From the NCBI GenBank assembly GCA_963762565.1, contig CAVXLD010000007.1, positions 224,001 through 288,000 on the forward strand: a stretch of 64,000 nucleotides of DNA, read 5' to 3'. Shown here piece by piece: positions 29,901 through 38,575 of this stretch. The stretch is from an uncultured Verrucomicrobiae bacterium (GTDB lineage: Bacteria; Verrucomicrobiota; Verrucomicrobiia; Chthoniobacterales; JAFAMB01). The notes under the pieces were generated by a model. That model made no database searches, was not told the DNA's origin, and saw nothing but the letters and a program-made list of their open reading frames with translations. The position numbers and the translations under genes are program-made. Position 1 is the stretch's first letter; every line of letters starts with the position of its first letter.

Positions 29901-29952
29901 CCGCCGACCGCTGCATGTGGCGGAGCTGCTGAGGTTAGCCCAGCGCGGGTAG
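26941..29952 (+). CDS. FAD-binding / 4Fe-4S oxidoreductase (GlcD-GlcF fusion, YdiJ-like)
   Basis: RGGGTSLAGQ, GSEGT, SGEHGDG, CVGVGAC, CLACKGCKSECP, CCG domains. Confidence 0.92.
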   Translation: MDTVTLSDHKDGELPPSSHAVKIDSFPNAVELQNELREVVKGEVRFDAGSRGAYSMDASNYRQVPIGLVIPVDEADVIAAVAVCRKFGAPVLSRGGGTSLAGQGCNAAVVFDFSKYLNRILELNPGQRFARVQPGLVLDTLRDAAEEHGLTFAPDPSTHNRCTLGGMIGNNSSGTHSLMGGKVQENIEEMRVLLYDGTILTVGPTAAPELNEIVLEDGRRGQIYSGLMRLRDEYGDLVRERFAKIPRRVSGYNLDELLRGTPFNVARALVGSEGTCVIVLEAKVRLVHSPRYKSLVCLGFKDIFIAADLVPDLLAFNPIALEGFEGDVLAVMLQKNMQPENIALLPPGNGYLLAEFGGDTPADADAAADKLVGWLRDRLDPPVIKVIRDPEEVKRIWKVRESSNGGTTIIPGQHSITHEGWEDAAVHPRVLGSYLRDYKSLLAKYGYKGWYYGHFGEGCVHQRVTFDLETDQGVRRFRKFLEEAADLVGSYGGTISGEHGDGHARAFLYEKMFGPELVEGFRGFKRLFDPDNKLNPGKVIDSYPPEAFLKLGADYNPAQLETHFRFPDDQGSMEKATQRCVGVGACRKTDAGTMCPSYQVTREEIHSTRGRAHLLFEMLQGELLQGGWHDERVKESMDLCLACKGCKSECPTNVDIATYKSEFLSHYYEGRPRPLNHYAFGFIDQWARLASQAPKLVNRLNASVGLNRIVKSALHLAEERSVPKFAEETFVSWVRRKASGAVERCLACEADRSETRSANGSGAKRRVVLFADTFNNYFRSDIARAAWEVLNDAGFAIEVPQARQHLCCGRPLYDFGLLKSAKKYLERVLNALEPAVNAGLPVIMLEPSCASVFRDELRGLFPHHCVAHRLRQQTFTLSSFLQTGAQGYEPPKLPGKKVLLHGHCHHRAVLPFSHEEALIKRMGVELKSLDSGCCGMAGPFGFEESKFKISQALGERVLLPAVRAADPDTLVVTDGFSCREQVEQNTGRRPLHVAELLRLAQRG
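29163..29190 (+). repeat. Single family A REP in frame inside the oxidoreductase
   Basis: cgtggagcgctgcctcgcttgcgaggcc encodes VERCLACEA. Confidence 0.85.
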
Positions 29953-29957
29953 GCGAC

Positions 29958-30443
29958 CGTGGAGCGTTGCCTCGCTTGCGAGGCCGAAGCGGTCGGCAAC
30001 CGTGGAGCGTGCCTCGCTTGCGAGGCCGTGGTAAGCGAAGCGAGATCGTGAGGCAAAATCTGGCATGTGTCTGCGCTCTATGACGTGTGCTGACTTCGTT
30101 GGGTCTGCGTCCTGTAGGACCGAGACTGCTTAAATTTCCGACAGTCAAGAGCGCCGGTGGACGAGAAGCATGCCATATCGTTATTTTCGCTTACCACGGC
30201 CTCGCAAGCGAGGCACGCTCCATGGTGCCGACCGCTTACGGCCTCGCAAGCGAGGCACGCTCCATGGTGCCGACCGCTTACGGCCTCGCAAGCGAGGCAC
30301 GCTCCATGGTGCCGACCGCTACGGCCTCGCAAGCGAGGCACGCTCCACGGTGCCGACCGCTACGGCCTCGCAAGCGAGGCACGCTCCACGGTGCCGACCG
30401 CTACGGCCTCGCAAGCGAGGCACGCTCCACGGTGCCGACCGCT
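29958..30443. mobile_element. Family A doublet with 2 left arms and 6 tandem right arms (41-42-bp unit)
   Basis: + copies at 29958 and 30001; - copies starting 30196, 30238, 30280, 30321, 30362, 30403. Confidence 0.85.
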
Positions 30444-30450
30444 ACAACAA

Positions 30451-30545
30451 TTCTGCCGCCCTTTCAGGGCGGGGGCTTTTAAAAATCGCCACCAGGGCCG
30501 AAAGTCTTTCGGCCCTGGCTTAGTCCTTTAGTCCCTTCGGGACAA
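30451..30545. repeat. Hairpin-rich palindromic element between convergent genes, possibly a bidirectional terminator
   Basis: gccctttcagggc; ccagggccgaaagtctttcggccctgg; gtcccttcgggac. Confidence 0.5.
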
Positions 30546-30554
30546 TAACGTCAG

Positions 30555-31439
30555 TCAAAGACTCACTCCGAAAACGGCGGCTAGTTTGGTCACGAATGGG
30601 CGGAGATGATCCGGACAGGCTGCACGCCATTGCGCAAAACGTTCCGTGAGCGGTTCGCCGCCATTGGTTGGACCGCGGTTGAGGAACGTCACTGATTCCC
30701 ATCCAGCTGGTTCTGCCTCGAAAATGGGCAGGAGCTGGGTCGCGATGATGGTATTCCAATCACGATGACCGGCGTTTTTACGCAGGGCGGGTTGATGCTG
30801 GCGAAACCAGGCTGAGAACGACGTGCCAGCCGGTAGCCGATATCCCGGCAGTTCGAGCCGTTGCTTTGCGTAATCGGCAAGCCAGGAAGCGTACCCCCGG
30901 AGAGCGGGGGAGGGAGGGTTAATTTTCCAAGTAGAACTCATTGCCCGCAAAGCGAAGAGGGATGCTGTTTCACACAGACTTTCTTCGAGCCACAAGTTAG
31001 GGTTTGGCGTATCAGGTATGGTTTGTTGGGAGCTATTGGCATAGTTAGCTAGTGCGTGGCAAAACTCGTGCGCAAACTGAAAACTGTACTGCGCCCAGTG
31101 TGTGTCGCGGGCGGACAGCGCCATGGCGATGCGGCCGCCAGGCGTGCGCTTGGAGTCAATCTCAGGATGATCAGATCGATAATAAACGTCGATGCCGTCG
31201 AGATGGGTGTGCGGACAGTAGCGGAATAGTTCTGTAGCGGCGGAACGGAGTACGACAGCGATGTCGGCCGGGGTCGCGTTACCGAACGCGCTGGCTTGCA
31301 CCCGGATGTCGGGGAGCTGTTTTGGGGCGAGGACGTTTATCGTCGCTGCCGGAGTCCATGCGCAATACTCCAAAACTCCAGTGCTCCAACACTCCGCGGC
31401 ACCGAAGTCGAGGACGAGGACGAGGACGAGGCCCTTCAC
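30555..31439 (-). CDS. Putative zinc metallopeptidase-like protein (HExxH); N-terminus encoded by repeat family D
   Basis: QFAHEFCH and downstream WLEESLCE; starts 14 bp after the autotransporter stop. Confidence 0.65.
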   Translation of the reverse strand: MKGLVLVLVLDFGAAECWSTGVLEYCAWTPAATINVLAPKQLPDIRVQASAFGNATPADIAVVLRSAATELFRYCPHTHLDGIDVYYRSDHPEIDSKRTPGGRIAMALSARDTHWAQYSFQFAHEFCHALANYANSSQQTIPDTPNPNLWLEESLCETASLFALRAMSSTWKINPPSPALRGYASWLADYAKQRLELPGYRLPAGTSFSAWFRQHQPALRKNAGHRDWNTIIATQLLPIFEAEPAGWESVTFLNRGPTNGGEPLTERFAQWRAACPDHLRPFVTKLAAVFGVSL

Positions 31440-31453
31440 GAGCGCGTCCGACT

Positions 31454-34400
31454 CTAAAACGTGAATCGGACACCGGCGGACACGCTCTGGGAATCGTAGT
31501 TAGTGCGGGCCAGTTCGCCGTCGTAGTAAATATAGGTGGAAATGCGATCGTTCCACAGGACGGCCACGCCGGCGCCGACCAGTAAACTGTCACGGCCGAT
31601 CGGCGGCCCATTCACGCTGAAACTACTCCCTGCTCCGTTGGCGAAGCTAGCAACAATCGAGTAGGTGCTGTCACCGAATTCGTGCTGCCAGGAAAGACGA
31701 AGCTCCGGTCGGATAAGGACGCCGCCAATCTTCCAATCGTAGGAAGCTTTGATTCCTAGGGCGAGACGATCGGAGTCAACGCTTTGATCGCCAAATTTTA
31801 AGGGCGCCAGAGAACCGGTTTCGGTGAAACCGTCTAAACTGACGTAAGTATATTGAAAGCTCGCAGTAGGGCCGATGGTCAGAGGGCCTGTTGTCCAGTC
31901 ATAGCCTCCGGCCACGAGTACATTCACGGTCCCGCTACTGGTACTGCCGTTAGCTGTACCCATTAGAGCAGTCCGATGGGTTTCGTAGTCGCTCGCGCCG
32001 CCAGTCACTGCCGTATCCAGGTAAAATCCGCCTCCGAAGGCAGTGGCGTAGAGGCCGCCCGTTCCGCCATCCACGTCGATGCTGCCGCCGTCGGGAAGGT
32101 TAACTCCGGTGTGTGCGTAACCGCCCGTGAGGCCAATCGCGAAATTCGACCCGATCCGATAATCAACGCCCAGCGTGACTCCTCCGGTCTGGAAATTAAA
32201 GCCACGAGCGCCATCTGCTGAACTAACATCCGTGAAATCGCCAAGACCCGTGGCGAAGAAACCCCAGCGATTCTCTGGTATCGGCGCCAAAGCCGAAGGC
32301 CCGCTCTTGCCTTCTGATCCGGTCGGCCCCGAGAGGCTATCGCTGAAGCTCGGGGAGGAGCCGTTGATGGTCAAACCGGAAGAGCTGAAGCCTCGGCTCC
32401 CCGACCGAATGTCTTCCAGCCGCCGCTCCAGGTTCGCGGTCTGAATGTTGGCTAGGGAAACACCCAGCGCATAGACGGAAGTCAGGTCTTCGGGGGAGAT
32501 TAAGGTAAAATCGGCGCAGAGTTGGCCAAGCGGTTGGGTATCGAGAAAGTTAATCAGCGCAGAGGCCCGGGGATCGCCAACTGCGCTATTCAAAGCCTGA
32601 GCCACCGCAACGGAGTTCGGATTACAAGCGACGCTCACAAAATTACCCTGGGTTCCAACTATCTCAGCCGCGTCTGGTAGAACAGTTACTTGAACGCCGA
32701 CAAGGGTGTTGGTAGTGCCCAGGTTTTGAATCGTACTGAAGGACCCAGTGACACTATTCGCGGTAAGAAAGACCAGTTTATCGCCCGGCAGGAACTGGAT
32801 GTTGCCGGTGCGAACCACCTGAAGCGTGCCGCTCAATGTAGCGTTACCGGTTACGGCCAGTTGACCGAACTCCCCGGGCGACAGGCCACCCAATTCCAGG
32901 CGAAACACTCCGTTACTCGTCTGCGTGTAATTACCCCGGATCGTCAATGTACCGAATGGATCACCAGGGCTGATTATCCCAGAGTTGGTAACGTTACCAC
33001 TAATCGTACCGGTGCCCGTCAGTGTTCCGCCGCTACCAATTGTTACCGTTGATGAAGTTAACGTAGCGCTTTGAGCCACGGTCAAAGTTCCCGCGTTCAC
33101 GTCGGTGGATATTGGAGCTGCCAAGTCTTCATCAATAGTCCAGTTACCGCTTCCTTGTTTGATCAACGATCCCGGGTCGGTGATCGTGCCGGTAACAGCT
33201 TGAGTGAGTGTTTGCACCCCTGACCCGTCCAGAATGAGTTTGCTGCTAGTGTCTGAGCCAAGGTTTAGGCTTCCGTTGATTACGCCACCCGTCAACAACG
33301 TGACAGCATTGGATGCATTACCCAATGTAACGCCTCCGTTTATCGTTCCGGCATTTGAGATACTTATCTCCCCGCTCTCGCCTAAGACTGCCAAATGGTT
33401 GGTCCCTCCCGTAATAACGCCACCAGGATTGTTTGTTAGAGAGCCGCCAGCATCGTCCTCAAATTCGATCGCATTGGCGGCTGCCGAGATTATTCCTGAA
33501 TTCACAATCGTCGTGTTACCGGACGTATCCATTGTAATGCCTGCGTTGCCTTGCCCTATTATAGAGCCGGTCGCGGTATTCATAATAGAGCCGCCAGCGC
33601 TTAGATGGATGCCGGTTTCCAAACCAGAAATCTTCCCTGCATTTAAGATGCTTATCTCTTGGGTGGTACTATAGATCACCGAATGGTTGGGCCCCCCAGT
33701 AAGAACACCCCCAGAATTGTTTGTTACAGACCCGGTGGAACCATCAAAGAAGATCGCAATAGTGTTTCCGGAGGAGATTGTTCCTGAATTAACGACTACG
33801 CCGTTACCACCAGTTATCACTATTGCCTCATCGGTCTTTGCGGTAATAGAGCCACCCGGGTCGTTTGTAATCGTTCCGCCGGCTTCGAGCATAATGGCGT
33901 TGTTGCCGCCTGAGATAGCACCAGAATTTGTGATGTCGACTGACGCCTTGAGCCCCTGGATTCCGATGCTGGTTGAGTCAATTCCTTCGATTTTGCCGCC
34001 GGCATTGTTAACAACTGAGCCGCCGTCCTCCAAAATAATGGCTTGAGTTCTTCCCGTTATTGTCCCGGAATTTGTGACGGTCCCATCGTTGAAAATGAAA
34101 GCGCCTGCGGCGAATGTTCCATTGAGGACCCCATTTGCGTTAACAGTTAGGCTACTAAAGATGTCCAGAGCACCGCGAGAACCTACGATGACCGTCCCGC
34201 TGGGGCCGTTGACGGATCCAATAGTAAGGCTGCCAACCTGAGCGGTAGCACCCCCCGCCGCATCAGTGCGCAGACCAGATTCTTCGATGACAGCCGTTCC
34301 ACCGTTTGCCACCACCGCCGTCGACGTTGAGGTGGGTACGCCATTGCTCCAATCGTCTGGGTCGAACCAGTTTCCTTCAGGCGTAAAGGTCCATCTCGTG

Positions 34401-34702
34401 ACCGGCCCTGGAATAATTGCCGGATCTAGAGCGTTGCCGTGACTAAGCACTGCGCTAGCCGGGGCCACCGACGGATGAGCCGCCAGGTTTGATGCAGTGA
34501 GGGGTGAAACGCGAAGGTTAGCGTCTAACCCTATACCGCCGCTTTGCAGGCTGGTTAAGTCTGGCAAAGAGAGCCAATCCACCGTGGACGACAAAAGCCA
34601 ATCAGGAGTTGGATGCGCTTGCAGGGCGCTGGAGGTCAGAAAAACACCTAGGGCAGCGGCCCCCTGATAGGCTCGGAGCATTCTTTGGACTGGATTTTTC
34701 AT
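31454..34702 (-). CDS. Autotransporter with a beta-helical passenger
   Basis: Signal peptide from ATG 34702; G/N/T-rich repeats, LIKQGSG strand, beta-barrel ending GVRFTF. Confidence 0.9.
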   Translation of the reverse strand: MKNPVQRMLRAYQGAAALGVFLTSSALQAHPTPDWLLSSTVDWLSLPDLTSLQSGGIGLDANLRVSPLTASNLAAHPSVAPASAVLSHGNALDPAIIPGPVTRWTFTPEGNWFDPDDWSNGVPTSTSTAVVANGGTAVIEESGLRTDAAGGATAQVGSLTIGSVNGPSGTVIVGSRGALDIFSSLTVNANGVLNGTFAAGAFIFNDGTVTNSGTITGRTQAIILEDGGSVVNNAGGKIEGIDSTSIGIQGLKASVDITNSGAISGGNNAIMLEAGGTITNDPGGSITAKTDEAIVITGGNGVVVNSGTISSGNTIAIFFDGSTGSVTNNSGGVLTGGPNHSVIYSTTQEISILNAGKISGLETGIHLSAGGSIMNTATGSIIGQGNAGITMDTSGNTTIVNSGIISAAANAIEFEDDAGGSLTNNPGGVITGGTNHLAVLGESGEISISNAGTINGGVTLGNASNAVTLLTGGVINGSLNLGSDTSSKLILDGSGVQTLTQAVTGTITDPGSLIKQGSGNWTIDEDLAAPISTDVNAGTLTVAQSATLTSSTVTIGSGGTLTGTGTISGNVTNSGIISPGDPFGTLTIRGNYTQTSNGVFRLELGGLSPGEFGQLAVTGNATLSGTLQVVRTGNIQFLPGDKLVFLTANSVTGSFSTIQNLGTTNTLVGVQVTVLPDAAEIVGTQGNFVSVACNPNSVAVAQALNSAVGDPRASALINFLDTQPLGQLCADFTLISPEDLTSVYALGVSLANIQTANLERRLEDIRSGSRGFSSSGLTINGSSPSFSDSLSGPTGSEGKSGPSALAPIPENRWGFFATGLGDFTDVSSADGARGFNFQTGGVTLGVDYRIGSNFAIGLTGGYAHTGVNLPDGGSIDVDGGTGGLYATAFGGGFYLDTAVTGGASDYETHRTALMGTANGSTSSGTVNVLVAGGYDWTTGPLTIGPTASFQYTYVSLDGFTETGSLAPLKFGDQSVDSDRLALGIKASYDWKIGGVLIRPELRLSWQHEFGDSTYSIVASFANGAGSSFSVNGPPIGRDSLLVGAGVAVLWNDRISTYIYYDGELARTNYDSQSVSAGVRFTF

Positions 34703-34892
34703 TTTGAGCGTTTGGTGTGGCGATCGCGATCCGTCTATCAAGGACCAACGGACAAATGAGACTATCGTTTTATGAAGCACCCCCTCTTCCTCAGTCGCAG
34801 TAAAGCCAAAGTGGACTCCAGTGGCGTGGGTGCTGAAACGGTTTGTAACCAAGCGCCGCGGCGGAATCAAGGTTAAACAACGAGCGAGGAGA

Positions 34893-35146
34893 CCTTGGAG
34901 CGCTGCCTCGCTTGCGAGGCCGCGGTAAGCAAGGATACAAACTAGATAATACCCTTGTCCGTGTGGCGCTCTGTTGTCCAGCGGTCGAGACGAAGACCTA
35001 AGATTGAGGATTTCATACGGAGAGAACCAGATTGTTAGTCCAAATCATGGTCAATCGGTGCGATTCAGAGCGTAGACAAAGGAAGGACGTGTCTAACGAT
35101 ATCGCCCTATTTACCACGGCCTCGCAAGCGAGGCAGCGCTCCAAGG
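34893..35146. mobile_element. REPIN-like doublet, family A
   Basis: ccttggagcgctgcctcgcttgcgaggcc ... ggcctcgcaagcgaggcagcgctccaagg. Confidence 0.8.
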
Positions 35147-35207
35147 CTTTCGCGCTCGTTTCCTAGGCTTGCCTTGTGCCGTCGGGTCTTTTACAAAGGT
35201 GCTTAAC

Positions 35208-35624
35208 GTGAGAAATCGAATTGTTAGAGGGATTGCATGGGTGCTATGCATCGCCTTCGGGATTTCCGAGATCTTTGCTTTTGGGGAGAATCAAACCCTG
35301 CGGATTATTCAGACCCAAACCATGTTCATCCGGCACACGGCAACAGAATATCAGCGCCGGGTGGCAGAGCAGAATGCGAAGGCTTTTTTTAAACAATTAA
35401 CGCCTGAGAAAAAGGCGGAACTCAAGCGAAAGAAAGTCAAAACGGTCCTGATCCCGACGGTGCGCAGCAAGGAAACCTCGCCGGCGGCTAAGGAAGTCGC
35501 GATGCGCTTCTCGCTGGAGGGGGAATCGCTGATCGACGACTACGCGTACGAGTTCAATAGCCCGTTACAGGCCGGTACTATTGCCAAGATCGGCGGCCTT
35601 GATCCGGAGTACGTCGGGCAATAG
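35208..35624 (+). CDS. Small exported hypothetical protein (start uncertain)
   Basis: Signal-like RNRIVRGIAWVLCIAFG; basic body. Confidence 0.6.
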   Translation: MRNRIVRGIAWVLCIAFGISEIFAFGENQTLRIIQTQTMFIRHTATEYQRRVAEQNAKAFFKQLTPEKKAELKRKKVKTVLIPTVRSKETSPAAKEVAMRFSLEGESLIDDYAYEFNSPLQAGTIAKIGGLDPEYVGQ

Positions 35625-35638
35625 ACGGTTTTAGGTTT

Positions 35639-38026
35639 TCATTGCTCGTCGGATCTGACCTCCGAGAACGTGACATTATTCTCGCTGCACCATTTTTCTG
35701 CCGAAGGCAGGCCCGCGCTCGCGGCCTTGCCGATCATTTCTTCTGCTTCGCTTCGCCGGCCTGGTTTCTTCTCGATCAAGAGCCCGTACAAGAACATGCT
35801 CAACACGTTACCGTGTTCAGCGCCCGCCTGATAATGTTTCTCGGCTTCGGTTTCATTCTTTTGCAGGCCGCCCCAACCCTCTTGGTAACATTGTCCAAGG
35901 TGAGCCATGGCGTTCCAGTCCTGTTTGGCCGCCGCTTGTTCCCACCATACTCTGGCCTGCCGATCCCATTCATCCGCCTGGGCATTCAGCTGTTTCCGTT
36001 GCTGCGGGTTGGTAGTTTTCTGGGCTTCGCCTCGTTGCAGGTCGGATTTGTATTGCAATATCCGGCCAGCTAGCGTCATCGCTGGCGCCACCTTTTGGTC
36101 CGCCAAAGGCATAATGACTTGTTCAGCCTTCACTACATCCTGCTTAGTTCCCTTGCCGCTAAGATAGCAATCACCGACATAGGCCCCAGCTTCCAGGTTC
36201 GGGTGCGGAGCTTTGAAAGCCTCGTTTAGCCAGCGAAACCCTTCGGTTTCATCGTTGGTTGTGCCCTTTCTCAGGTAGGCCCGGCCGAGCTTCATCATCG
36301 CGTATGAATCACCCAGGTTAGCCGCCCGCTGGAACAAAGTAGTTGCCTCGGCGCCCTTCTCATTATCCGCCAACCAGAGAATCGCAGTGAGAATGTTGAG
36401 GTCGGCTGCGTCCGAAACGATCTGTTTATAGAACAGATTAAACTCGTCCTTATTGATGGGAGGAGTTCTATCCCGAAACTGGTCGATGATGTGGCCTAGC
36501 TTCGCGGTCTCTTCCTGAGCATCCGTAGCGCCCGAAGTCGTTAAGAATTGGACGAGTCGGACGTCAGCGGACAGATACTCTGGAGTTCCTTCATCATACT
36601 TCTTCAAGTCGGCCAATAAACGCTCTTTCCGATTCGGCTTCTGTTTAAGGGATACCTGCATTTCCGGAGATGTAGTGCTCCCAACCTCAATCTCTTGCTG
36701 TAACGGTTCGTATTCGTCCTGCGTGGCCACTAGTTGATGTTTCCCGAACGGTACATGGGTGAACGTGTTTGGCGGCGAGTCCGGCGGTTTGTTATCTAAA
36801 AGCACCGAAGCGTTCGACGGCTCGGTTTGCACGGAGAGGCTTGCGATCTCCGGTATCGGAGTCGGGGTGGGGATAGGGGTAGGGGTGGCTTGAGAAAGCG
36901 TTTGTTGGGTAGCGACGTTCTGTTTGGGGTTTTGTTGCAAATAGAGATAAACACCGAAGCCGATCAACGCGAGGAGAGCGATCGCTGGAATCAATAACCA
37001 CCTTTTGCGACGGGAAGGACGTCTTTCGGGAATAGCAGTGGGCAGTTCCGTTGGCGGGGCTTCAGTCAACGGCGGGGTTTCAGTCAGCGGTACTTCAGTC
37101 AGCGGTACGGTAGTCGCCGGCGGGGCCTGAGTTTTTTCACCGATTGGGATAAGGGTGCTCGTCTTCCCGCCCTGGATATCTCCCAGGCATTCTGCGATCG
37201 CATTCTGGAGATCGCGAGGCGACTGCGTCCGTTTATCCCGGTCCTTTTGCAGCATCCGTTGGAGCAACGAAACCACGCAGGTAGGTACATCCGTTAGCGG
37301 CTCCAAGGCGATGTCCTTATACAGGTGCTGGCTCATGATCTGGCCAACTGAGCCCGTGAACGGCGGCCTGCCCGCGATCATGTAGTAGAGGGTGGCGCCA
37401 AGAGAATAGATGTCAGATCGGACATCTAACTCTCCTTCCTCGACCTGCTCGGGACTGGCGTAGTGGGGGGTACCGACAAACCCTTCCACGGTAAGGGTAC
37501 CAGTGTCTTCAGCGCCCCCTTTGGCGCTCTTCGCGAGGCCGAAATCGATTACTTTGACGACGGTTTCCCCTTCCTGATCGACCAGCATCAAATTGGACGG
37601 CTTCAGGTCGCGATGGACTAAACGTTGCCTATCGGCAGCGGCCAAAGCGCGCGCCACTTGTAGCCCGATGTTCAACGCCTCGATAGGTTCGAGGCGTCCT
37701 TTCCGTTTAACGTAAGCATCGACGGTTTCTCCGTCGATGAACTCCATCACATAGAAAAAGTTGTCCTGATCGGTGCTGAGATTGAAAACCGAGGCGACGT
37801 TCGGATGCCGGAGCGCCGCAGCGGCGCGAGCTTCGCGCAAAAACCGTTGCCGGGCCGTATCGTTTCCCAAATAGGTGGAATTAATGATCTTTAGGGCGAC
37901 TGCGCAGTGCAGATTGGTATCGTAAGCCTTGTAGGTGATCCCCATTGCTCCACGGCCAAGCTCCCACAGGCTACCGTCGTCACGCCGAAGCACTTCATAT
38001 TGTTTGTAGCGATCGACTTCCGGCAT
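35639..38026 (-). CDS. Transmembrane Ser/Thr protein kinase with PEGA and Sel1-like repeats
   Basis: LGRGAMG, VALK, HRDLKPSN, DFG, YASPEQ; TM; SVQTEPSNASV; AMAHLGQCYQEG. Confidence 0.92.
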   Translation of the reverse strand: MPEVDRYKQYEVLRRDDGSLWELGRGAMGITYKAYDTNLHCAVALKIINSTYLGNDTARQRFLREARAAAALRHPNVASVFNLSTDQDNFFYVMEFIDGETVDAYVKRKGRLEPIEALNIGLQVARALAAADRQRLVHRDLKPSNLMLVDQEGETVVKVIDFGLAKSAKGGAEDTGTLTVEGFVGTPHYASPEQVEEGELDVRSDIYSLGATLYYMIAGRPPFTGSVGQIMSQHLYKDIALEPLTDVPTCVVSLLQRMLQKDRDKRTQSPRDLQNAIAECLGDIQGGKTSTLIPIGEKTQAPPATTVPLTEVPLTETPPLTEAPPTELPTAIPERRPSRRKRWLLIPAIALLALIGFGVYLYLQQNPKQNVATQQTLSQATPTPIPTPTPIPEIASLSVQTEPSNASVLLDNKPPDSPPNTFTHVPFGKHQLVATQDEYEPLQQEIEVGSTTSPEMQVSLKQKPNRKERLLADLKKYDEGTPEYLSADVRLVQFLTTSGATDAQEETAKLGHIIDQFRDRTPPINKDEFNLFYKQIVSDAADLNILTAILWLADNEKGAEATTLFQRAANLGDSYAMMKLGRAYLRKGTTNDETEGFRWLNEAFKAPHPNLEAGAYVGDCYLSGKGTKQDVVKAEQVIMPLADQKVAPAMTLAGRILQYKSDLQRGEAQKTTNPQQRKQLNAQADEWDRQARVWWEQAAAKQDWNAMAHLGQCYQEGWGGLQKNETEAEKHYQAGAEHGNVLSMFLYGLLIEKKPGRRSEAEEMIGKAASAGLPSAEKWCSENNVTFSEVRSDEQ

Positions 38027-38103
38027 GATAAAGCGCTCCCAAAATGCACTTTAAGGGCCGAAAAAGCAATCCGATCACGCAGGAGCCACCAAACGTTGGA
38101 TAG

Positions 38104-38561
38104 CAAACCGCGAATGGACACGAATGGACGCGAAGGAAGACAAATCAACCGCAGATGAACGCAGATAGACGCAGATTTGGATTGGGGCGAGATGACACGC
38201 CGGAAGTCTCGTCAGCTGCTCGGCCGAGTGACGTTCAACAAAGAGGAATCATCCGCAGATTACGCAGATTTCGTCCGGAGCTTCGATACGGCCGGCGAGA
38301 GAAATAGGAAATCTTTCGTAGCGACACGTTGTCATTTACCTCGCAGTGCCAACACACCCCCAAGCGAAATCTGCGTAATCTGTGTAATCTGCGGATCATT
38401 CCTGTTTTGCCGGCTTTGCTCGATCCGACGCGTGTTTCTCTCTATGGCCAGCCCTACGACAAGACCATCTGCGTCCATCAGCTTTAATTTCACCCCGGAG
38501 ACTTTCGGGGCTGCGGTTGGTTTGTCTTTCTTCGTGTCCATTCGCGTCCATTCGCGGTTTG
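38104..38561. repeat. Nested inverted repeats built of 9-10-mers (CGAATGGAC, CGCAGATTA)
   Basis: About 50-bp outer arms 38104-38154/38511-38561; inner arms 38264-38293/38365-38403. Confidence 0.8.
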
Positions 38562-38575
38562 GTTACTGTTTCTGT

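Noticed and set aside
30196..30443. CRISPR array
   Set aside because: Units are contiguous near-identical tandem copies with no unique spacers, the same sequence is dispersed as REP arms, and no cas genes are present
29867..30531. Several overlapping ORFs with repeated peptides (RPRKRGT, GLASEAR, ASQARHA)
   Set aside because: Translations of the repeat array in all frames; the same applies to ORFs at 1167-1751, 55397-55871 and 56865-57367
38177..38575. 133-aa N-terminal extension of the CoA transferase
   Set aside because: It is nested-repeat DNA; ATG 38576 gives a normal family start
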